Below, in pieces: positions 1 through 9,598 of a DNA stretch of 33,196 nt. Location of the stretch: positions 1-33,196 of IMG/VR virus record IMGVR_UViG_3300023105_000105; one strand, written 5' to 3'. Source of the stretch: a virus. Lineage: Duplodnaviria > Caudoviricetes. A program made the translations under genes and the position numbers. Below the pieces are notes generated by a model. That model was not told the origin of the DNA and ran no database searches. It saw only the letters and a list, made by a program, of their open reading frames with translations. Position 1 is the first letter of the stretch; each line of letters starts with the position of its first letter.

Positions 1-1
1 A

Positions 2-3000
2 AGAGCAACTACTATTAAGGGCGGTAATACATCAACCGACTCTTCTATCACTATTGCTTCTAACACAACCATCTCACCTACTACATTAACAGTTAGTGCT
101 AACACTACAATTAGTGGTAATGTTATCATTAATACTTCTGGTGCTGAAGTATTTGATATGGGTAATATTTCTCGTATGAGAATGACTGGTGGTTCGGCAG
201 GTCAATTCTTAAGAAAGTCTGGAACAAGTGGTTTAGACTTTGAACCATTAACACTAAGACAAATTTCAGATTTATCATCTAACTCTGCTCACATCATTCT
301 TTCTGGTTCTAATACAACCTTTAGTGATAATGGTGACTCACCTCATTTAAAGTTCGCAGATGTTAATGGTGATACTGTAGAATTGTTTGTTGCTAGTGAT
401 GGAACTGCTGGTGATTCAGATTTACACATTATACTTGCTGACGCAAATGGAGACTCAGCAGTAAACATAACAGATTCTTCTAACACAGTTGTTGCTTCTG
501 TCGATTCAGATGGTAATGCTGATTTTTCAGGAACACTAACTGCTGATGGAACAACTACTCTAAATGGTTCTGTAGTTTTAGGTGATGCTGATTCAGATAC
601 AATAACAGTTAAAGGTAAGTTCGCCAACCAAGCAACTACTGGTGTTGCTTCATTTAACGGAACTACTCATTTCAACGGCACAACCAATATGAATGGAACA
701 CTGAACCTAAACGGAACAGTGAATGTTGGTGATGCTGCTACAGATACAATTACAATCAATTCAACTGCTTCACTAGCAGGTAATACAACAATTGGTGATA
801 GCACTGCTGATACTCTAACAGTAAATTCAAGAGTAGTAAGTCACTTAGTTGCTAATGGTGCTTATGACTTAGGAACTTCATCGTTAGAGTGGAGAAATCT
901 ATATCTTGACGGAACTGCGAAAGTCGACACTTTAACTGTTGATGAAAATGCTACTGTCACTGGTAATCTAACTGTAAACGGTGATACTACACTCGGTGAC
1001 GCAACTGGTGATACAATTACAATTAAGGGTAACTTTGCTAACCAACACACAGAAGGTCTTGCTACTTTTGGTGGTAATGTTGGTGTAGGAACTGCTTCAA
1101 TCACAACTGGTGTTGACCTTGATGTAGCAAACTCTGCTAAAGTAGGTGAAAACTTAACGGTTTCTGGTAATACAAGTATTACTGGTAATCTAACTGTAAC
1201 TGGTTCATTTACTGTTCCAGCAGATGCCGCTTTCGAAGCTGCTGATGCTACATTCATTAATCTCCATGTTTCTGGAAACTCTACTATTGGTGATAGTGGT
1301 TCAGATATTCATACAATTACTGGTGCTACTACAATAGCAGGTGCTATGACACTAACTGGTAATATTGACCACGCAGGTAATCTCGATACAAGTGGTTCTA
1401 TATCAAATGACGGAACGGTCGTAATTGGTGCTAATGGTAAACTACACGCAAACAATACAATTACAAACGGGACAATTAGAGATGTTCATTTAGAAAACTC
1501 TGGTGTGACTGCTGCTTCTTATGGTAGTGCGACTGCTATTCCAGTGATTACAGTAGACGCAAAAGGTTTGATTACTTCAGCAACTACTACAACAGTAGCA
1601 GGTGTAACTGGTATTACATACACATCCTCAAATAATAATATAAGAATTTCAACTGCTGATGGTTCAACATTCGACGATGTTATCGACCCTGCGACAACTT
1701 CAGTTAAAGGTGTTGCTTCATTCGATTCTGGTGATTTTGATGTATCGTCTGGTGCGGTATCATTAAAGAACGCAACTACTGGTGCTGTTCTTGCGGTTAG
1801 TGGAACATCAAACGAAGTCAATGTATCTCGTTCAAATGGAACAGTTACGGTCGGTCTTCCAGATGATGTTACGGTAACTGGTCAACTTAATGTTGGTGAG
1901 AATGTTGTTGTAACTGGTAACCTTACAGTATCAGGAACTACAACTACAGTCAACACAGAAACAGTAAACATTGCTGATAACATTCTTGTTCTTAATAGTA
2001 ATGAAAGTGGAACTCCTTCACAAAACGGTGGTTTTGAAATTGAAAGAGGAACATCAACAAACAAAACTCTATTATGGAATGAAACTTCTGACAAATGGAC
2101 AGTCGGTTCAGAAACTTTCGTTGCTGGAACCTTTGAAGGTAATGTAACTGGTGATGTAACTGGTAATGCTGACACAGCAACTGCTTTAGAAACTGCTCGT
2201 TCAATTGGTATTTCATTAAGTGGTGATATAACTGGTTCTGCTTCAGCAAGTTTTGATGGTACTGGTGATATTACTATTACTGCTACTAATATGGCAGTTC
2301 AAAACAACTCTGTTGATTTAGGAACACACACAACTGGTAACTATGTAAATAATCTTACTGCTGGTGCGTTAATTGATATCAGTGGTTCAGCAGGTGAAGG
2401 TTGGTCACCAACAGTTGCGGTAGACTTATCTGAATTAACAGATATGACAGATGCTGCTGTTAGCACAGACGAATTAGTAATTCTTGACGCAGGTTCTCAA
2501 AAGAGAAAAGCAATCAGTGAAATTACTTTAGGTTTATTTAACACAACTAATCAGATTGCTCTAGGAACAGACACAACTGGTAACTATATGGCAGATGTTG
2601 GTGTCGGAACTGGTTTAGATGTATCACATACTCCAGGAGAGGGTTCTACTGCTACTATCTCACTAGACTTAAGTGAATTAACAACTTCAACAACAAATGG
2701 TGATGGTGATTATTTTGTAGTAGTTGATGCTTCTAATGTATCCAGAAAACTTACTAAAGCAAACATTGCTATTTCAGAATTTAATACTACAAATGGTATT
2801 GCTCTTGGAACAGACACTACTGGTAACTATATGACAAATGTTTCAGCAGGTGCTGGTATTGATGTATCACATACTCCAGGAGAGGGTTCTACTGCTACAG
2901 TTAGTATTGAATCAGACCTTAGAGGTGATGTTGACCAAATTGGTTTAGATACAAACGATTATTATAATATTGATGCTACAATGCATAGATGGTATTTGGA

Positions 3001-3364
3001 TGGTGCTGAAGATATGCGTTTAACCAATAACGGTAATCTTGATGTTGAAGGTAATGTTGTAGCACATTCAACTACAGTTTCTGATAGAAATCTAAAACAC
3101 GATATAGAAAGAATTGATAACGCATTAGAGAAGATTTGTCAATTAGGTGGTTACACATTTACATATAACAAAGACGACCGTAAAGGTGCTGGATTGATAG
3201 CACAAGAGGTTGAAGAAGTCTTACCAAGTGCGGTAACAGAAACAGAAATTCTAAATGTAGAAGGTGTTCATAAAGTATTAGAATACGACCAAGTTCACGG
3301 TTTAATTATCGAAGCAATCAAAGAATTGAAAGCAGAGATTGATGAGTTAAAAGGAAATAAATAG
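2..3364 (+). CDS. Long tail fibre protein with C-terminal intramolecular chaperone (peptidase S74-like); 5' truncated
   Basis: Frame is open from position 2 (RATTIKGGNT...) through the track ATG at 158, so the true start is upstream of the window. G/T/N/D-rich beta repeats (GNLTV.G). C-terminal SDRNLK..I...GLIAQEV...coiled coil is typical of S74 chaperones. Confidence 0.85.
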   Translation, partial: RATTIKGGNTSTDSSITIASNTTISPTTLTVSANTTISGNVIINTSGAEVFDMGNISRMRMTGGSAGQFLRKSGTSGLDFEPLTLRQISDLSSNSAHIILSGSNTTFSDNGDSPHLKFADVNGDTVELFVASDGTAGDSDLHIILADANGDSAVNITDSSNTVVASVDSDGNADFSGTLTADGTTTLNGSVVLGDADSDTITVKGKFANQATTGVASFNGTTHFNGTTNMNGTLNLNGTVNVGDAATDTITINSTASLAGNTTIGDSTADTLTVNSRVVSHLVANGAYDLGTSSLEWRNLYLDGTAKVDTLTVDENATVTGNLTVNGDTTLGDATGDTITIKGNFANQHTEGLATFGGNVGVGTASITTGVDLDVANSAKVGENLTVSGNTSITGNLTVTGSFTVPADAAFEAADATFINLHVSGNSTIGDSGSDIHTITGATTIAGAMTLTGNIDHAGNLDTSGSISNDGTVVIGANGKLHANNTITNGTIRDVHLENSGVTAASYGSATAIPVITVDAKGLITSATTTTVAGVTGITYTSSNNNIRISTADGSTFDDVIDPATTSVKGVASFDSGDFDVSSGAVSLKNATTGAVLAVSGTSNEVNVSRSNGTVTVGLPDDVTVTGQLNVGENVVVTGNLTVSGTTTTVNTETVNIADNILVLNSNESGTPSQNGGFEIERGTSTNKTLLWNETSDKWTVGSETFVAGTFEGNVTGDVTGNADTATALETARSIGISLSGDITGSASASFDGTGDITITATNMAVQNNSVDLGTHTTGNYVNNLTAGALIDISGSAGEGWSPTVAVDLSELTDMTDAAVSTDELVILDAGSQKRKAISEITLGLFNTTNQIALGTDTTGNYMADVGVGTGLDVSHTPGEGSTATISLDLSELTTSTTNGDGDYFVVVDASNVSRKLTKANIAISEFNTTNGIALGTDTTGNYMTNVSAGAGIDVSHTPGEGSTATVSIESDLRGDVDQIGLDTNDYYNIDATMHRWYLDGAEDMRLTNNGNLDVEGNVVAHSTTVSDRNLKHDIERIDNALEKICQLGGYTFTYNKDDRKGAGLIAQEVEEVLPSAVTETEILNVEGVHKVLEYDQVHGLIIEAIKELKAEIDELKGNK
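2540..2910 (+). repeat. Internal 81-aa tandem repeat in the fibre (IALGTDTTGNYM..V..G.G.DVSHTPGEGSTAT)
   Basis: Exact 38-nt match between 2618-2655 and 2861-2898 (243 nt apart). A more diverged third copy starts near 2310. Confidence 0.85.
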
Positions 3365-3367
3365 TAT

Positions 3368-3703
3368 ATGGGTGCTAAAGCAAATATTATAATCGACCAA
3401 GGAACAGATTTTTCTACGACGATTACGGTAACTGATGATGACGGTAATGTAACTGACTTAACTGGTTATACTGGTGAAGGTCAGATAAGAAAACATTACG
3501 AGTCTTCGGATTCTACTGACTTTACACTTTCGTTTGGTTCTCCGAGAAGTGATGGTGAAGTATCATTGTCTTTAACAAGAATTCAAACTGCGAATTTAGA
3601 ATATGGTAGATATGTATATGATGTTGAATTAACAAGTGCTGCGAATACAACATCAAGATTAGTAGAAGGAATAGTCACAGTAACACCACAAGTAACGAGG
3701 TAA
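3368..3703 (+). CDS. Small virion structural protein (beta-sandwich, baseplate/fibre-anchor-like)
   Basis: ANIIIDQGTDF...GRYVYDVEL...RLVEGIVTVTPQVTR pattern, which I recognise from fibre regions of marine T4-like phages. Confidence 0.6.
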   Translation: MGAKANIIIDQGTDFSTTITVTDDDGNVTDLTGYTGEGQIRKHYESSDSTDFTLSFGSPRSDGEVSLSLTRIQTANLEYGRYVYDVELTSAANTTSRLVEGIVTVTPQVTR

Positions 3704-3707
3704 CAAA

Positions 3708-3965
3708 ATGGCAATATCTGGTAAAATAAGTTCTACATCATCAGGAATCAATGCTAAGTTTGGTTCTTCAGCACCGACATTAACAATTAAGTCATCATCG
3801 GCTGCTACCAGTTTAGGAACTTTAAATGATATTGATTTAACAACACCAGAGGCAGGTACTGCTGGTGCTACACTTGTTTATGACGCTACAGCAGGAACTT
3901 ATAAAGCAGAAAAAGTATTTGAATACGACGGAAACGAGGTGACCTTACAAGGTGGGAGTTTCTAA
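3708..3965 (+). CDS. Short fibre-associated protein ending LQGGSF
   Basis: L.DID......GATLVYD....Y fibre motif; packed tightly against its neighbours. Confidence 0.6.
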   Translation: MAISGKISSTSSGINAKFGSSAPTLTIKSSSAATSLGTLNDIDLTTPEAGTAGATLVYDATAGTYKAEKVFEYDGNEVTLQGGSF

Positions 3966-4355
3966 ATGGCAATTATTTCAATCAAGACCTCGCAGAGTAA
4001 TAATGCGCCTACGAGTCTTGCGAATGGTGAATTAGCATATTCATATTCATCAAATAAATTGTTTATTGGTCAGACAGATACTTCTACAGATGCTGTAAGT
4101 GTTGAATATATTGGTGGTAAATTATTAGTAGATAAAGTAGCAAATCTTGAATCTACAATATTAACTCAAACTTCTACACATTCGAATGTAACAATTACGA
4201 ATGTGATGACGATTAGTAGTGCTACTAATAATAGTATTTTGTTTGCTAAGGCAGATGGTGTTATAGATTATCTAACTGGTAGTAGTGGTCAGATATTACA
4301 GATTGCTTCTAACTCTACACCAACTTTTGATGATTTAGACGGAGGCAATTATTAG
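3966..4355 (+). CDS. Short fibre adaptor with Mtd_N-like N-terminus (IKTS...P..L.NGELAY), ending LDGGNY
   Basis: N-terminus is homologous to those of ORFs 4709 and 6139; contains a GSSGQIL fibre motif. Confidence 0.65.
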   Translation: MAIISIKTSQSNNAPTSLANGELAYSYSSNKLFIGQTDTSTDAVSVEYIGGKLLVDKVANLESTILTQTSTHSNVTITNVMTISSATNNSILFAKADGVIDYLTGSSGQILQIASNSTPTFDDLDGGNY

Positions 4356-4364
4356 GAGATAGAT

Positions 4365-4670
4365 GTGGGTGATTATGTAGATGATGCTGTTGGTTATGCT
4401 AAACTTGTTGTTGATTTAAAAACAAGACTTGAACAACAAGAAAAAGAAATAAAAGATTTAAGAGGTGCTCTTCAAATACAAGAAAAAATGAAGATACCTT
4501 TAAGTGTGATAAAGCAAGTAACACAACAAACACAAAAGATAGAAAAATTAGAGAACGATTTATTATATTACAAAAGGTTTGTTCCTAAACAAGTTATTAA
4601 AGATAGGGAAGGAAAGACTGAAGTTGTTAGAAGAGGTGGTTTAAGTTCAAGTTTGAAAAAGAATAAATAA
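4365..4670 (+). CDS. Charged coiled-coil protein, possible fibre assembly chaperone
   Basis: GTG start with AGGAG SD; heptad-rich K/E/Q/L sequence, unlike the surrounding structural ORFs. Function is inferred from position only. Confidence 0.5.
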   Translation: MGDYVDDAVGYAKLVVDLKTRLEQQEKEIKDLRGALQIQEKMKIPLSVIKQVTQQTQKIEKLENDLLYYKRFVPKQVIKDREGKTEVVRRGGLSSSLKKNK

Positions 4671-4708
4671 AGTAAAAGATTAAAAACATTTAACAAAGGA
4701 GTCCTTCA

Positions 4709-5989
4709 ATGGCGTCAGTAATTAAACTAAAAAGAAGTAGCACTCAAGGTTCGGTGCCTACTACTTCTGACCTTGCCACTGGTGAAATCGCAGTAAACTT
4801 ATTTGACCGTAAACTATATGTGTCAAATGGTACTGGCGTCACGGCAATGGGTGGTGAAGACTTTAGACTAACCTCTCAAGACCCAACCTCTGGTGCAGGT
4901 GCTTATCTAAAACTATTAGGTGATACAAGTTCAACTTCAAATACAGTTCTACTAAGAGGTGGCACTGGTATTACAGTTGCTCGTGATGGTAATGGTTCAA
5001 TCTCATTCACCTCAACACAAGGTAGTTCCATTTCAGACTTACAAACTGAAGACGGTAACTTATGGTCAGCAATCACTGCTACTAATACAGCCATTCGTGC
5101 TTTAGTTTCTAGTAATGACACTGATATTAGTAACCTACAAACTGAAGACGGTAACTTATGGAGTGCTATTACAGCAACTAACACCGCTATCCGTTCTATC
5201 ACTACCGCTAATGCTAATGAGATTGGTGATGTATGGTCAGGATTAATAGCAACCAATACTGCTATTCGTTCACTAACAACTGCTAACGCTAATGAGATTG
5301 GTGATTTATGGTCAGGATTAATTGCTACTAATACTGCTATTAGAGCATTAACATCTCAGAATGCTACTAACATTGACCAAAAACTTGGTGCTACTGCTAC
5401 AGTTCAAATTTCTGGTGATGTTGCAGGTTCTGCTTCATTCTCTGGTAACTCAGTAAATGTTGCGGTTACTCAACAAAATAACTCTGTTGATTTAGGAACA
5501 CACACAACTGGTAACTATGTTGCTACAATTGGTGGAACTGCTAACGAGATTACTGTTTCTGGTTCTGGTTCTGAAACTGCTGCTGTTACAATCGGTCTTC
5601 CTGATGATGTATCTATCACTGCTCAATTAAATGTTGGTGAAAACGCAGTAATTTCTGGTAACACATCAGTTGGTGGTAATATGACAGTTTCTGGAGACTT
5701 AACTGTTTCTGGTGCTACAACTTACTTATCAACTTCAACTGTTTATACTGATGATGGTATGTTCAAACTTGCTGCTAATAACGCAGGTGATGCTACTGAT
5801 ACTGGTATCTACGGTATGTATGATGATGGTGGCACAGATGAATTTGCTGGATACTTCAGAGATGCTTCTGATGGTATATTCAAGTTCTACACTGGTCTAC
5901 AAGTTGAACCAACTTCTACAGTAAATGTCGCTGGTGCGGGTTATGCCCTAGCACAAGTTGATGCTGTTATTGACGGTGGTTCATACTAA
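4709..5989 (+). CDS. Tail fibre protein: KRS-type N-terminal domain, coiled-coil repeats, ending IDGGSY
   Basis: MASVIKLKRSS...PTTSDLATGEIAVN; four W..(I/L).ATNTAIR repeats; AAGGAG SD. Confidence 0.8.
   Translation: MASVIKLKRSSTQGSVPTTSDLATGEIAVNLFDRKLYVSNGTGVTAMGGEDFRLTSQDPTSGAGAYLKLLGDTSSTSNTVLLRGGTGITVARDGNGSISFTSTQGSSISDLQTEDGNLWSAITATNTAIRALVSSNDTDISNLQTEDGNLWSAITATNTAIRSITTANANEIGDVWSGLIATNTAIRSLTTANANEIGDLWSGLIATNTAIRALTSQNATNIDQKLGATATVQISGDVAGSASFSGNSVNVAVTQQNNSVDLGTHTTGNYVATIGGTANEITVSGSGSETAAVTIGLPDDVSITAQLNVGENAVISGNTSVGGNMTVSGDLTVSGATTYLSTSTVYTDDGMFKLAANNAGDATDTGIYGMYDDGGTDEFAGYFRDASDGIFKFYTGLQVEPTSTVNVAGAGYALAQVDAVIDGGSY
5030..5350 (+). repeat. Coding tandem repeats of 32 aa and 25 aa (WSAITATNTAIR / WSGLIATNTAIR)
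   Basis: W-to-W spacings are 32, 25 and 25 aa. The same units recur at about 8290-8730 and 9760-10145. Confidence 0.9.
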
Positions 5990-6010
5990 AAATTAATCAA
6001 AAATAAAGAG

Positions 6011-6034
6011 AGGAGACTTCGGTCTCCTTTTTTT
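6011..6034 (+). terminator. Rho-independent terminator with cUUCGg tetraloop
   Basis: AGGAGAC-TTCG-GTCTCCT followed by a T run. Confidence 0.92.
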
Positions 6035-6053
6035 ATGTCTAATGTTTTTTGAT

Positions 6054-6061
6054 TATAAATA
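6054..6061 (+). promoter_or_regulatory. T4-type late promoter (gp55)
   Basis: TATAAATA, intergenic, just after a terminator. Confidence 0.85.
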
Positions 6062-6138
6062 TAGTAAACTGATTACATAATCAGTCAAAAAATTTTAACT
6101 GGTCTATATAGACTTTGAACAATTAGGAAACCATACAT

Positions 6139-6633
6139 ATGGCATCAATCGTAAAGATTAAACGCTCTGCTGTTCAAGGCAAGGCGCCTACTACTTCTGA
6201 TTTGGAGGCAGGGGAAATAGCACTAAACACCAGAGATGGTAAGTTATTCTCTTCTGATGGAACTGCTGTATTTGAAATTGGTGGTAATGTTCACTCTATC
6301 TCTGTAGGAACTGGTGGTTTAGTTATAGCAAATGGTTCTATCACTTTCCCAACTACAGACGGTTCAAGTGGTCAAGTATTATCAACTGATGGTTCAGGAA
6401 ATATAACATTTCAAGATGTAGATGCTGCTGCTGACGCAGGTGGTTTTGAGAATTCATTACTAACATCAGTCCCAAGTGGTGATTTGATGGAAGGTGGTAG
6501 TGGAACAGAAACCTATGTCGGTCAACTAGGTGGTTCTGGACAAGACCCTTATGGTGTGTCTTTAGCAGACCCTAATTATAGTAATATGGATCCAGTAAGA
6601 AGATTTGTAACCGAAGATTTAGGAGCAATTTAA
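6139..6633 (+). CDS. Short fibre adaptor: KRS-type N-terminal domain, C-terminal ETY.GQ...DLG motif
   Basis: MASIVKIKRSAVQGKAPTTSDLEAGEIALN; FPTTDGSSGQVL motif; C-terminus homologous to that of ORF 6635. Confidence 0.75.
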   Translation: MASIVKIKRSAVQGKAPTTSDLEAGEIALNTRDGKLFSSDGTAVFEIGGNVHSISVGTGGLVIANGSITFPTTDGSSGQVLSTDGSGNITFQDVDAAADAGGFENSLLTSVPSGDLMEGGSGTETYVGQLGGSGQDPYGVSLADPNYSNMDPVRRFVTEDLGAI

Positions 6634-6634
6634 G

Positions 6635-9559
6635 ATGCCTACGATTTTACAATTTAGGAGAGGAACGACCTCACAAGCAGACGGTCATACTGGTTCCGAA
6701 GGCGAATTAACGATAGACACTACCCTTGACCAATTAAGAATCCACGATGGTGCTACAGCAGGTGGTTTCAAGGTTGCTCGCCATGTTGATGTTATGGATA
6801 GAATGCAAGTTGCTAACGCACAAGCATTATTCGACACATTACAAGCAAACTTAGTTTCAACAACTAATGTTCAAAACTATCTTCAAATGTCTAATGCTCA
6901 GGCATACTTTGCTAATACAAATACTTGGATATTAAGAACAGATAGTAATTTAGGTTCAACAAATACTGCTCTTAGAACATTAATTGACGACCGTATGCAG
7001 GTTGCTAACGCTCAGGCATTGTTTGATACACTACAAGCAAATCTTGTATCAACAACTAATGTTCAAAACTATATGGCGGTTGCGAATACTCAAGCCCTTG
7101 TTAATGCTCGTTTGGGTGCTACTGCTACAGTTACTCTAACTGGTGATGTAAGTGGTTCTGCTTCATTCAGTTCAAATAGTGTTTCAATCACAACAACAAT
7201 CGCAGACGACAGTCATAATCATACTATTTCAAATGTAGATGGTTTACAAGCAGCATTGAACACTAAGATGGATACATCTAATACTCAGTCGTTATATAAT
7301 ACATTGAAAGCAAATACTGTTCCTTGGACTTCACTAATTTCTACAAATACTGCGATTAGATTATTAGTTTCTGATAGAATGCAGGTTTCTAATACACAGA
7401 ACCTTATAGCAGCCTATTCAGCAAACAATATGTCTGTTGCGAATACACAAGCATTATATAATAATGTTACTGCTAATCTAAATTCATATAAAGCAAATAC
7501 TAATCCAAGAATTACTAACATTCTAACAAGTATTGGTAACACTAACACAGCAATTCGTGCTGTCGCAGCCACTAAGATGTCTGTTGCTAATGTTCAAAGT
7601 TTAATCGCAAACGAAACTGCTAATTCAGATTCTAAGTTTGCTACTTGGACAGCATTAACATCAACTAACACGGCAATTCGTTCTTATGTAGATTCAGAAG
7701 TCGCAGGTTTAGTCGATTCAGCACCAGAGACATTAAACACATTAAATGAATTGGCTGCTGCTTTAGGTGATGACGCAAACTTTGCTACAACACTTACAAC
7801 TAATTTAGGTCAGAAACTAGGTGCTACTGCTAGTGTAACTTTAACTGGTGATGCCACTGGTTCTGGTTCATTTAGTTCTAACTCAGTTTCAATCTCAACA
7901 ACTCTTGCTGATACTGGAACACCAACTGGTATATTTGGTAGTTCAACTAAGATACCAGTAATATCTGTAAATAGTAAAGGTCAGATTACAAATATTAGTA
8001 ATACAACTGTTGCTGGTGTTTCTTCTGTAACATTTACAAGTGGTAATAACAATTTAAGAATTGCTGTTGCTGATGGAACAACACACGATGTTACTATCAG
8101 TGTCGGTGATAAGATGACAGTTGCTAATACTCAAGCACTTCATAGTAATATTACTGCCAACTTAAATTCTTACATAGCAAATACTAATCCAAGAATTACT
8201 AATATATTATCAAGTATTTCTTCAACAAATACTGCTATTAGAAATCTAGTTTCAACTGAAACTACTGATAGACAAAATGCTGATGACTGGATATGGTCAG
8301 GAATTACTGCTACTAATACTGCGATTAGAGGTCTTGTATCAGATGTTGATAGTAGAGCAGATTTACTGAATACCAACTTAACTGCTACTAATACAGCAAT
8401 TAGGTCTTTAATTACTTCTAACGATACTGATATATCAAATCTTCAAACAGAAGATGGTAATCTATGGTCAGCAATCACTGCCACGAATACAGCAATTAGG
8501 TCTTTAGTTACAAGTAACGACACTGATATTAGTAACTTACAAACACTTGTTAATAATAACTTAGCAAATACAAATGCCGAAGTAGATTTACTTAATACAA
8601 ATCTGACTAATACAAACACAGCAATTCGTGCTTTAATTAGTTCTAATGACACAGATATTTCGAATTTACAGACTGAAGATGGTAATCTATGGTCTGCTAT
8701 TACAGCAACCAATACTGCTATTAGAAGTATTACAACAACTAATGCGAATAAGATTGCTCAAGTTGAATCTAATTTACTTTCTACTAATACTTCAATCAGA
8801 AATGCTATCTCAACTGAGGTTTCTAATTTAGTAGATTCTGCTCCTGGAGCATTAGATACATTAAATGAATTAGCAGCAGCACTTGGTGACGATGCTAATT
8901 TCTCAACTACAGTTACTAATAGTATCGCAACTAAGATGTCAGTTGCTAATACAAACACTTTAGTTAATGATAGAATGCAGGTTGCTAATACTAATACTTT
9001 GGTTAACGACCGTATGCAGGTTGCTAATACACAAGCACTACATACAAGTATTACCGCTAACCTTAATAGTTATATTGCTAATACTAACCCAAGAATTGCC
9101 TCATTTAATTCAAGTGGTAGAGTTGCTGCTCATTTAATACCTGCAGCAAATGTTACCTATGACTTAGGAACAACAGAATTAGCATTTAGAGATTTATATC
9201 TGTCTGGTTCAACAATTAACATTGATGGAACATCGATTTCTGCTAACTCAAGTGGTTTTTATTTTACAGACCAAGATAGTAATCAAACAGTTAACATTTC
9301 TTCAGAAAATGGTATTATTGTTAATGGAACGACAATTGCTGATGGTACTGGTGCGTTAGACTCAGATGCTATTGGTCAGGGTTATGTTCAATCAACAGTT
9401 TACTCTATCCCAACAGACTGGGGTGATGGAGAAACTTATCCAGGACAAGCAGGTGCTGGAACAGATGCTTTTGGTATTAATATTGGTGGATTTATTTATG
9501 ACGCCATGGAACCATCAGGAAGATATGCAACCGCTTATGATTTTGGGTCAGTAGCATAA
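6635..9559 (+). CDS. Long coiled-coil tail fibre with Mtd_N-like (QFRRGT) N-terminus
   Basis: MPTILQFRRGT...GELTIDTT; repeats DRMQVANT and ATNTAIR, LVDSAP..L.TLNELAAALGDDANF twice, and DDSHNH. Confidence 0.85.
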   Translation: MPTILQFRRGTTSQADGHTGSEGELTIDTTLDQLRIHDGATAGGFKVARHVDVMDRMQVANAQALFDTLQANLVSTTNVQNYLQMSNAQAYFANTNTWILRTDSNLGSTNTALRTLIDDRMQVANAQALFDTLQANLVSTTNVQNYMAVANTQALVNARLGATATVTLTGDVSGSASFSSNSVSITTTIADDSHNHTISNVDGLQAALNTKMDTSNTQSLYNTLKANTVPWTSLISTNTAIRLLVSDRMQVSNTQNLIAAYSANNMSVANTQALYNNVTANLNSYKANTNPRITNILTSIGNTNTAIRAVAATKMSVANVQSLIANETANSDSKFATWTALTSTNTAIRSYVDSEVAGLVDSAPETLNTLNELAAALGDDANFATTLTTNLGQKLGATASVTLTGDATGSGSFSSNSVSISTTLADTGTPTGIFGSSTKIPVISVNSKGQITNISNTTVAGVSSVTFTSGNNNLRIAVADGTTHDVTISVGDKMTVANTQALHSNITANLNSYIANTNPRITNILSSISSTNTAIRNLVSTETTDRQNADDWIWSGITATNTAIRGLVSDVDSRADLLNTNLTATNTAIRSLITSNDTDISNLQTEDGNLWSAITATNTAIRSLVTSNDTDISNLQTLVNNNLANTNAEVDLLNTNLTNTNTAIRALISSNDTDISNLQTEDGNLWSAITATNTAIRSITTTNANKIAQVESNLLSTNTSIRNAISTEVSNLVDSAPGALDTLNELAAALGDDANFSTTVTNSIATKMSVANTNTLVNDRMQVANTNTLVNDRMQVANTQALHTSITANLNSYIANTNPRIASFNSSGRVAAHLIPAANVTYDLGTTELAFRDLYLSGSTINIDGTSISANSSGFYFTDQDSNQTVNISSENGIIVNGTTIADGTGALDSDAIGQGYVQSTVYSIPTDWGDGETYPGQAGAGTDAFGINIGGFIYDAMEPSGRYATAYDFGSVA

Positions 9560-9562
9560 TAG

Positions 9563-9570
9563 TATAAATA
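9563..9570 (+). promoter_or_regulatory. T4-type late promoter
   Basis: TATAAATA upstream of an AGGAG SD and ATG 9599. Confidence 0.85.
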
Positions 9571-9598
9571 GAATTAGAAAAATTAGGAGTTTTGAAAA

